A DNA stretch of 25,078 bases, from UHGV virus genome UHGV-1753993. The stretch is one strand, 5' to 3'. This DNA comes from a virus. The notes below the pieces were generated by a model, which worked only from the letters and a program-made list of their open reading frames with translations, did no database searches and was not told the DNA's origin. Of the stretch, positions 17,152-25,078 are shown in pieces. Every line of letters begins with the position of its first letter. Within the stretch, counting starts at the first letter, position 1. Position numbers and translations under genes: made by a program.

Positions 17152-17275
17152 GTGTACAATGACGATATTTTTAGCAACACAAAGTGCAAGTACGCACTTT
17201 ATGTTGTACAATGATGATATTTTAACAACATATGTTGTGCAAAAGCTCAATACATGTTGTACAATATATTCATAT
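17151..17275 (+). promoter_or_regulatory. Repeated 30-bp elements containing TGT(T)GTACAAT (17151-17180, 17203-17232, partial 17255-17275) upstream of gene 17295
   Basis: Direct repeats read directly; motif core TTGTACAA is palindromic; function inferred. Confidence 0.4.
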
Positions 17276-17294
17276 ATGATAAAACAATACGAAT

Positions 17295-18677
17295 ATGCAC
17301 AATGATTTGATTATAGCGCAATTAAATGCTTTGCAGCAGCAATATGAAATTGTGTTTGATGTTGATTGCATTGCATGGCTTCGAAACAGATGCTCAACAT
17401 TTATAGGCATTCCACTGCCATATAATGATTACGTTATTTGTGTGCATCCAATTGTGCGACAAACTGTCGTAGTTGACATAACAAATGCAACTGAACACGA
17501 GCTATTTGAATTGGAAGAGTACATTGCAATGATTCATGCATTGTTGCAATCATATGCACGACATCTGCATTCACAACGATGCAACACGGAGTTTGCTGCA
17601 GTAGATGCGCCCTATTCTGCAAAAACACATTTTGTGCCTGTAATACTTAAGCCTGCATATCCTGTACGAACACAAGACAAACCACGACAAGATAAGACAG
17701 ACATTCAAAGTAGAGAATGCTTTGCAATTGCTCGCATCATTGATGCAACAAAGCAGCATCAATACAAGGCGCATCTTATTGTAGATGATGCAGAAGTGCA
17801 TGACCCAAAACTTTTCGACAAAGATGTGCTATGCTGCTCAGTTGACTATGTGCAGCACTCAATTGACAAATATGGTGTGTTGTACATTGTATGCTCAGCA
17901 ATGAATGACTCGATGAGTCAGTCAGTCATCTACAAACAGCACAAGCAACTCATTGAATCATGGAAGGGCGACATTGTATGGCTATGGTATGATTTACGAC
18001 TCGTGCCGCACATTGCAAACTTTAGATTGCGCTGCAAAAAGATGACAGTTGTCACACAAGCACAGAACATGCATAATGCGTTGTCAATGCTGACAGAAAT
18101 CAATGTCAACACAATTCAGCATGCAAGACTGGAAGGCATTCCATTGTATGCATCACATAACGAAAAACGTTTAGCAAAATTGCAATCAGGCAAGTTGACT
18201 ACTGCAATGCCGATGGTTGCTTGGAATGACATGTGTGCTGAACGCAAACAAGAAGTCATTGATTTGCTTGGCTGCGCAGACATCGAAACTCATGTTGTCG
18301 GCAATATCGACATTGATATGCCACATGTCTATGATGGCACAATCAAGTATTTTGACATATTAACATACTTGTCGCAGTTCGACTTTGCATACATTGTGTG
18401 TGAAGAGAATATGAAACAATGCAACGCAATTACATTCAGAGCAACTGAATCAATGCTTGCAGGCTTGCCTTGTATGTACGTGAATAATTGTGTGTGTCCT
18501 GACTTTATCAAGTATCATAAAGTCGCACACATCAAAAATGCCAAGCATTGTGCAGAAGTCTTCAAGTCATTAAGTGTAGATGAACTTGATGAGCTTATGA
18601 CATTACAAGACAACTATCTCATTGAGTTGCATACAAACATTGTAACAGACTTTATCAAAATTATAAACTCACTGTAA
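17295..18677 (+). CDS. Hypothetical protein (460 aa); C-terminal region weakly resembles the GT-B glycosyltransferase nucleotide-sugar-binding motif
   Basis: Track ORF with ATG start; motif ..FRATESMLAGLPCMYV.. by eye only. Confidence 0.6.
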   Translation: MHNDLIIAQLNALQQQYEIVFDVDCIAWLRNRCSTFIGIPLPYNDYVICVHPIVRQTVVVDITNATEHELFELEEYIAMIHALLQSYARHLHSQRCNTEFAAVDAPYSAKTHFVPVILKPAYPVRTQDKPRQDKTDIQSRECFAIARIIDATKQHQYKAHLIVDDAEVHDPKLFDKDVLCCSVDYVQHSIDKYGVLYIVCSAMNDSMSQSVIYKQHKQLIESWKGDIVWLWYDLRLVPHIANFRLRCKKMTVVTQAQNMHNALSMLTEINVNTIQHARLEGIPLYASHNEKRLAKLQSGKLTTAMPMVAWNDMCAERKQEVIDLLGCADIETHVVGNIDIDMPHVYDGTIKYFDILTYLSQFDFAYIVCEENMKQCNAITFRATESMLAGLPCMYVNNCVCPDFIKYHKVAHIKNAKHCAEVFKSLSVDELDELMTLQDNYLIELHTNIVTDFIKIINSL

Positions 18678-18681
18678 GCAT

Positions 18682-19407
18682 ATGAAATGGCTAACTTGGT
18701 CTGAAACAAAGCGGTTTCAACGAAATCTCATATATCTTAAAATGGCTGAGCTTTGGTCATTAAATTCACATGCTCAGCGAGCAAAAGTTGGCGCATTGCT
18801 TGTAAAAGATGGTTGCATAATTTCAGATGGCTATAATGGCATGCCAACTGGTATGTCAAATTGTTGCGAACATGATACTTCAGCAGGCATCAAAACCAAC
18901 AAAGAAGTTTTGCATGCAGAATCAAACGCATTGATGAAGCTGTGCAAATATGGCAATGCGACCGCAAATGACGCAGTGCTGTATGTAACATACAGTCCAT
19001 GCATTGATTGCGCAAAGCTTATTTTGCAAGCAGGCGTTAAGCAAGTGCATTTTGTTGACTTGTATCATCACATAGATGGCTTGCGACTACTTAGTAGTGC
19101 TGGCATTGAGTTATATTGGTACCCAAGAAGCGCAGCAGATTATGAGGTTGCATGCAATCAAGTAGACTTTGATGATGCATTTCTTGCAAAGTGTGTCAAT
19201 ATCGTAGCAGTTAGTGACAATGTAGATGACATTGTGCATTGCAATTATGTGATATGCAATCTTGACGCAGCATTGTCATATGAGAAGATGCCAATGTATG
19301 ACACGTCATATGGTGTCATTGCAAATCACATCATAGATGAAGTACAATATCAACATGTAATAGATAATTGCAAAGCATATGAGCAAACTCTTCATTTTGA
19401 AATTTGA
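18682..19407 (+). CDS. dCMP deaminase-like (zinc-dependent cytidine/deoxycytidylate deaminase fold)
   Basis: Signature HAESNAL ... PCIDCAKLI read directly. Confidence 0.7.
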   Translation: MKWLTWSETKRFQRNLIYLKMAELWSLNSHAQRAKVGALLVKDGCIISDGYNGMPTGMSNCCEHDTSAGIKTNKEVLHAESNALMKLCKYGNATANDAVLYVTYSPCIDCAKLILQAGVKQVHFVDLYHHIDGLRLLSSAGIELYWYPRSAADYEVACNQVDFDDAFLAKCVNIVAVSDNVDDIVHCNYVICNLDAALSYEKMPMYDTSYGVIANHIIDEVQYQHVIDNCKAYEQTLHFEI

Positions 19408-20542
19408 CACATGTGTGCGTTCAGACATACAGCATCTTAAACATACAGAACCCATCGCATTTGCAGGGTTTGTGCAGACAATGTTTGATGCTGTGTATGT
19501 GTTTGGTGACCCTGAGAACAAACATGCAATACTTGATGAGCTTGTGCATGATAACGTGCATATCATCAATAACATACATGCATGGCAAGATATGCTGAAG
19601 TGCACAAAATCAGACGATTGCGCAATATTCTGGCAGGGCTCAAAGGCTGCTCTTGAACATTGCTCAGAATTTCAGCAAGATGTTCTGTGGAATGCATTCA
19701 AAGCATGGTGTTTGTCAAATGCTCGCAAATTTACGCTAACAACTGATTTGCGATTTGATTTTGACAAAGAGTGCACATTGACAAAGCGATTGCACAACTA
19801 CAAAGAGTACTTAGAATCACAAAAAGACAACATTACACATCTGTGTCAACATAAAAATCTCAAGTATGCTTGGCTTGATGAGTCTCAATGTGTGTTTGCA
19901 CCATTGCAAATCATTGCAGCAGTCAATGCATTGAAGCTTCAATATATAGAGCCAAGATTGCTTAAACGACAAGCAACAATGCAAAATGCAATTGAAGCTC
20001 ATGTGCGTAGCTTTGCTGACATAAAGCAGCAATATGCATGCTGTGCAAGTTGTGCAGGTTTCACATATCTTGACGAGTATCGTAGAAGCGTGATTGAACA
20101 ATTTGTCATACATATGCGTGATACATGTCTCATAACATCGTATATTGATGACACAATTTTGTCTGCGGTTAAATCAGCAGCACCAAACTTTACACTTAAA
20201 TACAAAGTCGCATATGACGCAATGCCTCATGTAATATCGAGGTCCGCGTACAATCTTGTAGTTGGTGATTCATTGTATGTGCAAGCAGGCTTGCTGCCAA
20301 ATCGATGGGTTGAAGGCGTACTTGCAAATTGCTGCAACATACTTGTAGATTATAAGCCAATTACCCTATTTGCTGACATTGTAGGCTTCGATGACTACGC
20401 GACATTTGCAACACTTAATAGCAAAACATGCGTACGCACTGCGCCCACAAATTTTGATGATTGCAAACAAGCACAGCAAAAAGCTCTTGCAGCAATGATT
20501 GTGCAGTGTTACACTATTCTTGAACAAACATTCAAATCATGA
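19379..20542 (+). CDS. Hypothetical protein (387 aa)
   Basis: Track ORF with ATG start; overlaps the upstream gene by 29 nt. Confidence 0.6.
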   Translation: MSKLFILKFDTCVRSDIQHLKHTEPIAFAGFVQTMFDAVYVFGDPENKHAILDELVHDNVHIINNIHAWQDMLKCTKSDDCAIFWQGSKAALEHCSEFQQDVLWNAFKAWCLSNARKFTLTTDLRFDFDKECTLTKRLHNYKEYLESQKDNITHLCQHKNLKYAWLDESQCVFAPLQIIAAVNALKLQYIEPRLLKRQATMQNAIEAHVRSFADIKQQYACCASCAGFTYLDEYRRSVIEQFVIHMRDTCLITSYIDDTILSAVKSAAPNFTLKYKVAYDAMPHVISRSAYNLVVGDSLYVQAGLLPNRWVEGVLANCCNILVDYKPITLFADIVGFDDYATFATLNSKTCVRTAPTNFDDCKQAQQKALAAMIVQCYTILEQTFKS

Positions 20543-22095
20543 GAACACATATAATTACTCAAACTGGCTACATAGACTTTTTCAATTCATTGACTTGGAA
20601 AAGTGCAGCAATGTTTGAACGAGCAAACAAAGATGACTTATTCATTGTGGTAGGCTTTGTGCCACAGATGAAAGATGTCGCAGATTGCTTGACTACATCA
20701 GGTCATCATGTCAAATATGTTGATGTGTCAGATTTTGCTCAATGTCGCATTGCTGACATTATGAAGCGTCTTGATATGTCAATGACATCTTGCAATATGA
20801 GCTACATTGCAACATTTAATATATTCAATGGCGCATGCAATTCATTTCAGCAGGCAGAACTTGATACATTTTCTGCATATTGCAAGACATTTGGTACTGC
20901 ATCAGTCAAACGTGATTTGCCGCTAATTGACGCAGCAGGCTCAGTCTACAAAGCACTCATGTATGTAGTGTATGAGATGCTGTCAGTCATTATGCAGTAC
21001 AATATTGCATTGAATGCTCGCAAGACTAATGACAAACAACAAGGCACAGTCATAAACAACTTTGTCGAAGACCCATTGCAGCACAAGCTCAATTACATTG
21101 ACTATCGCTATTCAGGACCATATGAAAGCGCATTTAGTGCATCAAAGATATTCAAAGTGCAACATTGGTACTTTCATGATTGCAATAATGTCAAAAAGCT
21201 TGGTCTTGAATACAATTCTGCATATGTATATGATGTTACAGCAGAACAAGATGCTATTGCATATTATGGATGGTGTCCATCACAGCAATACTGGTATTTG
21301 CATGGCAAAACTTGGAATGATATTGAAGTAACATTCGATGACAAGCGACTGAATTTTGTATTTGCATTGACAAATACTTGGCGAGACAAAACTGAACGCA
21401 CAGAACTCATCAACAAACTCATGCATCTGCACAATCAAGATGCAATTGACAAGGGTATTGTGTTCAGATTTTTCAGCAGAGATAAACAACAGCAGTCAAT
21501 GTCAGACAAGTTGCTGCCATATGACACATACCTTGAACTCATCAAGCATAGCAGATTCACATTGATTGTGCCGTCATATGATGCAAACTGTTTTAGTTTG
21601 CGTAGATTCTGTGAAAGCATTGTGCTTGGCTGTGTTCCACTTGTGCACAACTCATGCAAACTCTATATGTTTGACAGATGGCCACAGTTCAAACAGTTTG
21701 TCATTAAGAAGCTCATGATTAGCGATGATGACTTGCAGCATCTTGAAGACATTGTTCAGCCATATAGACATACACAATTGTTAAAAGAGTTGTGGCACAC
21801 TGATTTCATTCAGCAATATACGGGTGACTTTGTGTATGATATTGCATTGCATCTTGCATATATCAATAAAGATGTGCCAATCAAGAAGTCTTGTGACAAT
21901 TGCGACAATACACTTTCACATGAGCGCTGTGTAATTTGTGAAGCAAACAACTTTATGAGTCATGCATGGTCATGTTCATATTGCAAGTTCTGCAAGTCTG
22001 ATATGTCATGCGCACTTGATGCAGACGATGGCTCAGCCGCATGTTGCAATGGTGACAGCTTTGTGTTGAAAGAGCCATTCGTAGAAGTGCAATGA
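20539..22095 (+). CDS. Putative glycosyltransferase (exostosin/GT47-like motif) with Cys-rich C-terminal tail
   Basis: Motif YDTYLELIKHSRFTLIVPSYDANCFSLRRFCESIVLGCVPLV resembles the F[CT]LxP.G...R..E.L..GC[IV]P signature; C-terminal CDNCDN..CVIC..CSYCKFC cluster; ATGA overlap at start. Confidence 0.6.
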   Translation: MRTHIITQTGYIDFFNSLTWKSAAMFERANKDDLFIVVGFVPQMKDVADCLTTSGHHVKYVDVSDFAQCRIADIMKRLDMSMTSCNMSYIATFNIFNGACNSFQQAELDTFSAYCKTFGTASVKRDLPLIDAAGSVYKALMYVVYEMLSVIMQYNIALNARKTNDKQQGTVINNFVEDPLQHKLNYIDYRYSGPYESAFSASKIFKVQHWYFHDCNNVKKLGLEYNSAYVYDVTAEQDAIAYYGWCPSQQYWYLHGKTWNDIEVTFDDKRLNFVFALTNTWRDKTERTELINKLMHLHNQDAIDKGIVFRFFSRDKQQQSMSDKLLPYDTYLELIKHSRFTLIVPSYDANCFSLRRFCESIVLGCVPLVHNSCKLYMFDRWPQFKQFVIKKLMISDDDLQHLEDIVQPYRHTQLLKELWHTDFIQQYTGDFVYDIALHLAYINKDVPIKKSCDNCDNTLSHERCVICEANNFMSHAWSCSYCKFCKSDMSCALDADDGSAACCNGDSFVLKEPFVEVQ

Positions 22096-22140
22096 GCATA
22101 ACTACGTTGTACTGTAATCAAAAATCAAACATAATACACA

Positions 22141-22713
22141 ATGATAGCGATATTTGAAGGTGTAGAAGCTTCAGGCAAAACAACACTCATCAATGAATTG
22201 ATGAAGTGGCGCCCATGGTTTATCAATTGCAAACGAACATCTCGTTCTTGGTGGCAGCAGCATGAGTCAGGTGATGACCCAATGCCCGAACCTTGGGACC
22301 TCAATGAAGCGTTCTTTTATGATTGGCGCTTCTTCTTAGAGTTCATTGGAAATGACTCTCAAGGCTTTGGCAAAGCAACATTTTTGTGTGACCGTTCGTT
22401 CATCACACATCAAATCTTCAACACAACGCTTTACAAAGAGTTGCACACTGATAAGCATCAAGCATTCTTTGAAGCATATGAAAAGAAGCTTGCAACATTG
22501 CCGCACGTAGTGTTCTTATGCAAGCGTGATGTTGTGCCAGATTTTGTTGATAACTTTTGCGGTGATGTCAACATTGATGTCAGCAAACGCAATGAAATGA
22601 TTGCTGCATATGATGAGTGGCGAAAGAACTCACCATTGCATATTGTCGAAATCGACAACAATGCAAGTCTGCAAGACAATGTGCTAAAATGCTTAGCTGA
22701 ACTTGGTGCATGA
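22141..22713 (+). CDS. P-loop nucleoside-monophosphate kinase, thymidylate-kinase-like
   Basis: Walker A EGVEASGKTT at the N-terminus and a DRS motif (LCDRSF) by eye. Confidence 0.6.
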   Translation: MIAIFEGVEASGKTTLINELMKWRPWFINCKRTSRSWWQQHESGDDPMPEPWDLNEAFFYDWRFFLEFIGNDSQGFGKATFLCDRSFITHQIFNTTLYKELHTDKHQAFFEAYEKKLATLPHVVFLCKRDVVPDFVDNFCGDVNIDVSKRNEMIAAYDEWRKNSPLHIVEIDNNASLQDNVLKCLAELGA

Positions 22714-22925
22714 GTAGAGTAACACCACAGCAATTACAAATGATGACAGACAAGCATGTCGCGTCATCAGTCATATTGCATACAATTGAATCTGCGTTAG
22801 CTTGCGACATCAAAGCAAAACTCGTAGATATCTTGAAGCTTAACAATGTCGAAGCGTATCTTATTGAAGACATTATAGATGAATGCTTTGACAAAGATTT
22901 GATTGCCTCAGACTGTGCAAAATGA
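22710..22925 (+). CDS. Small acidic hypothetical protein (71 aa)
   Basis: Track ORF; ATGA overlap with the upstream gene. Confidence 0.5.
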   Translation: MSRVTPQQLQMMTDKHVASSVILHTIESALACDIKAKLVDILKLNNVEAYLIEDIIDECFDKDLIASDCAK

Positions 22926-22932
22926 CAATGTA

Positions 22933-22943
22933 TGTTGTACAAT
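22933..22943 (+). promoter_or_regulatory. TGTTGTACAAT motif copy
   Basis: Exact 11-mer identical to 17202-17212 and 17255-17265. Confidence 0.35.
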
Positions 22944-22998
22944 ATCAACATATAAAATCCATCCTTTATCCAAGCTTTACAAAGCAAGAAACCTGCCA

Positions 22999-23050
22999 GA
23001 TGGCTGCTGCACATGATTTCACAAAATGTAGCAGCAGCCATCATTTTTTT
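22999..23050 (+). terminator. Intrinsic terminator: 12-bp stem GATGGCTGCTGC / GCAGCAGCCATC with T7 tail
   Basis: Read directly. Confidence 0.6.
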
Positions 23051-23058
23051 GACTCAAG

Positions 23059-23196
23059 ATGAGACGAGACAAGTACCATAAGCTTAACATACCTGATAAG
23101 TGGAATACTGAATCAGATTACACTGCATCAATAGTCATATATGCAATTATGGCTGCACTTGCAGTAGCATTTGCTTTGTGTGTAGATATGATATAA
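23059..23196 (+). CDS. Small single-pass membrane protein (45 aa), not in ORF track
   Basis: Manual translation MRRDKYHKLNIPDKWNTESDYTASIVIYAIMAALAVAFALCVDMI; follows a terminator. Confidence 0.3.
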   Translation: MRRDKYHKLNIPDKWNTESDYTASIVIYAIMAALAVAFALCVDMI

Positions 23197-23202
23197 CGTT
23201 AT

Positions 23203-23934
23203 ATGTGTATGAAAGCACAATCAAATATCAAAAGCGGCATAGATGCACTTAGTAAAGTGCGTGTAGCCAACACATCTATTGTCAATAAACACTGGTATGA
23301 CAAGCTTAGCAATTCTATTGCAGACTTTCTGACAAGTGTGTTGCTCATTATGATTGTGACTATCACATTTCTTATTGGCATCACTACGCATATTTATGCA
23401 GTATTTGGTGACTATTGGCTTGCGATAGGCTATCAATTCGTGGTGTTGCTTACGTCAGTCAACTCTGATTTGTTGCCAAAATACAAGAACATTCCACTGA
23501 TTGCAGTGTTTATGTCATGCTTTACATGCGTGTTCGTGTTTTTGAGCTTTGATGGTCACTTATCAACTGGCATCATGCTTCTTGTCAATGCATTGAAGTC
23601 ACTTGCCATAGCACTTGTCGAATTCATCTTTGCGTATTTGTTCGTAGCTCGTAACAATCGCACAAAAGCAGAACAAGCAGGCATTCAGTTTGACTTTGAG
23701 GGCAATGTCATTGAGCTGCATGCACAACAAGATGCTGCACAAGTTGAAGACACCGAAGTGTTACCAGCAGACAATGAGCCTATACATGTTGAAGAAGAGC
23801 AGCCAACTGTAATCGAACCAGTTTGGCAGCCAAAACGCTGTCATTGTGGTTTTGTTGCAGACTCTGAAGATGCTTGGAATGACCACATTGCTAACTGCGA
23901 TGTCTACAAATTTTTTGAATCATCTGCAAAATGA
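23203..23934 (+). CDS. Multi-pass membrane protein (about 4 TM) with acidic, Cys/His-containing C-terminal domain
   Basis: Track ORF with ATG start; hydrophobic segments by eye; C-terminal C-x-C ... H ... C. Confidence 0.65.
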   Translation: MCMKAQSNIKSGIDALSKVRVANTSIVNKHWYDKLSNSIADFLTSVLLIMIVTITFLIGITTHIYAVFGDYWLAIGYQFVVLLTSVNSDLLPKYKNIPLIAVFMSCFTCVFVFLSFDGHLSTGIMLLVNALKSLAIALVEFIFAYLFVARNNRTKAEQAGIQFDFEGNVIELHAQQDAAQVEDTEVLPADNEPIHVEEEQPTVIEPVWQPKRCHCGFVADSEDAWNDHIANCDVYKFFESSAK

Positions 23935-25078
23935 GGCTCTTCATACACAAGCTTGATTGCATAATCGACCCATACTCAAACAACTTGGTATCACAAGAAC
24001 CCGTGCTGTTTGCAAAAGCACTTGTGTCATTTCCAGAGTCTCCGTTCAGTCAAGTCATTCTTATTGCAAATCAACGAAAGCATCTTGCAAGCATCAATGG
24101 GCATGACATCATTGCTGCAACAGTAGAAGACATATTGAGTTTGCAATTCAACATCTGTTCAAATGATGTTTGGATTTTGTGGGGCGGCTGGATTGATTTG
24201 CTAAATATGCTGCCTCGACCTCAAGCAGAAACAGTTGTTAAGCTGCATGCTATGTGGCGAATGTCTACTGCAGCAAGAATGACAATTTGTACTGACATGC
24301 GATTCCCATTTAAGCGTGTCAACTTTGTGCATGCAGGCAGAGTTGAGCTACATGGCGTGTATGATGAGCCAGTACTTGAACTTAGCCAGTGCATGAATTT
24401 GTCAAATGAGCATTCAGTGTTCAACAATGTCAAATGGCTGCCATTGTTTATGCTGCCAACATACAGCAATGTTGCGATAGAGCCTCGTCATATTGGCGCA
24501 AAAACAGTAGACTTGATATATGCTACAAGAGATTGGCATATGCTATCTGACAGTCGCATAAACAAAGTCATTCGATACTATGTAGATTCAGGTTGTCGCT
24601 CAAGTTTTCTTGGTGAGCACAAACATACAGGCAACTTGACAAGTAGATTGTCTGATGCACAAACGCAACTACTACAGTCAAATTGCTCATTTGATTTTAG
24701 TGTGCCATTCTATAGTGTGCCATATGCAATGTCATATGCAGCAGCACACATTGCTATCGGTGACCAACAATATGAGCAATATGGGTTGATACCAAATCGT
24801 GTTGGTGAAGCAATTGTTGCACGAATTGCGACTTTTGTTGATTGCGCAGTTGACAAAGACAGACGATTATTTGCAGATGATGCGTATTTGAGCAAAGTGT
24901 CATATGTGCATTCTGCAGAACAAGTACAGCAACGCATTGCAGCATTCAAACAGCACCCAGACATTTATGCAGCATTTTGTGAACGACAAGCAGCATATTT
25001 GAAAACTCGATATGACATTGCAAAGCACTTTTTTGCAGTGACATACGACTTCATAAATAAACACAAACATCAACATAA
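23931..25078 (+). CDS. Hypothetical protein, 3'-partial (at least 382 aa; runs off the window end); absent from ORF track
   Basis: Manual translation from ATG 23931 (ATGA overlap with upstream stop) shows no stop codon through 25078; the listed minus-strand ORFs here are antisense to it. Confidence 0.6.
   Translation, partial: MRLFIHKLDCIIDPYSNNLVSQEPVLFAKALVSFPESPFSQVILIANQRKHLASINGHDIIAATVEDILSLQFNICSNDVWILWGGWIDLLNMLPRPQAETVVKLHAMWRMSTAARMTICTDMRFPFKRVNFVHAGRVELHGVYDEPVLELSQCMNLSNEHSVFNNVKWLPLFMLPTYSNVAIEPRHIGAKTVDLIYATRDWHMLSDSRINKVIRYYVDSGCRSSFLGEHKHTGNLTSRLSDAQTQLLQSNCSFDFSVPFYSVPYAMSYAAAHIAIGDQQYEQYGLIPNRVGEAIVARIATFVDCAVDKDRRLFADDAYLSKVSYVHSAEQVQQRIAAFKQHPDIYAAFCERQAAYLKTRYDIAKHFFAVTYDFINKHKHQH

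Noticed and set aside
5660-22733. Numerous short minus-strand track ORFs (e.g. 5793-6038, 13440-13841, 15839-16066, 19306-19605, 22580-23044) within the + strand gene array
   Set aside because: Each overlaps a longer + strand gene with a recognisable domain or coupled start; consistent with shadow ORFs in AT-rich sequence
24221-24964. Three minus-strand track ORFs near the window end
   Set aside because: Antisense to an uninterrupted + strand frame of at least 382 codons starting at 23931
1-25078. Eukaryotic giant-virus origin (suggested by Cys-rich proteins, the exostosin-like glycosyltransferase and absence of SD)
   Set aside because: Nine start/stop overlaps indicating polycistronic coupling, hairpin-plus-T-run terminators, and T4 gp32/UvsW-like genes favour a bacteriophage; not fully excluded without a database search
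1-25078. tRNA or other structured RNA genes
   Set aside because: No cloverleaf-compatible sequence with a GTTCGAAT-type T-loop seen in any intergenic gap; gaps are short and occupied by terminators or promoter-like repeats

Overview
AT-rich window (roughly 35-40% GC by eye, not computed) that reads as part of a large dsDNA bacteriophage genome, probably T4-related. Evidence for this: a T4 gp32-like ssDNA-binding protein (10848-11981) followed by a UvsW-like SF2 helicase (12060-13655), a thioredoxin with a WCxPC site, a zinc-type dCMP deaminase, a P-loop thymidylate-kinase-like protein, hairpin-plus-T-run terminators, and nine ATGA-type start/stop overlaps between adjacent genes. No Shine-Dalgarno motifs were seen upstream of any start codon inspected. 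Layout: positions 1-5350 are a mixed-orientation accessory block; from 5417 onward every supported gene is on the + strand. The accessory block holds a multigene family of N/T/S/G-rich proteins that share a near-identical promoter-plus-leader module ending in a poly-G tract. In four of five members the body is in the -1 frame relative to the leader; the one in-frame member has its tract interrupted by a T. This is the most unusual signal in the window. Other points: a tandem-repeat array flanked by inverted C11/G8 tracts, a repeat-containing gene broken at two A7 tracts, a recurring palindromic motif TGTTGTACAAT in intergenic regions, a cluster with glycosyltransferase-like, dCMP deaminase and kinase genes, and a long + strand ORF (23931 to window end) missing from the ORF track. 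The ORF track uses alternative start codons, so several starts were re-set to the first in-frame ATG. All functional calls rest on motifs recognised by eye and recalled family signatures; no database search was run.
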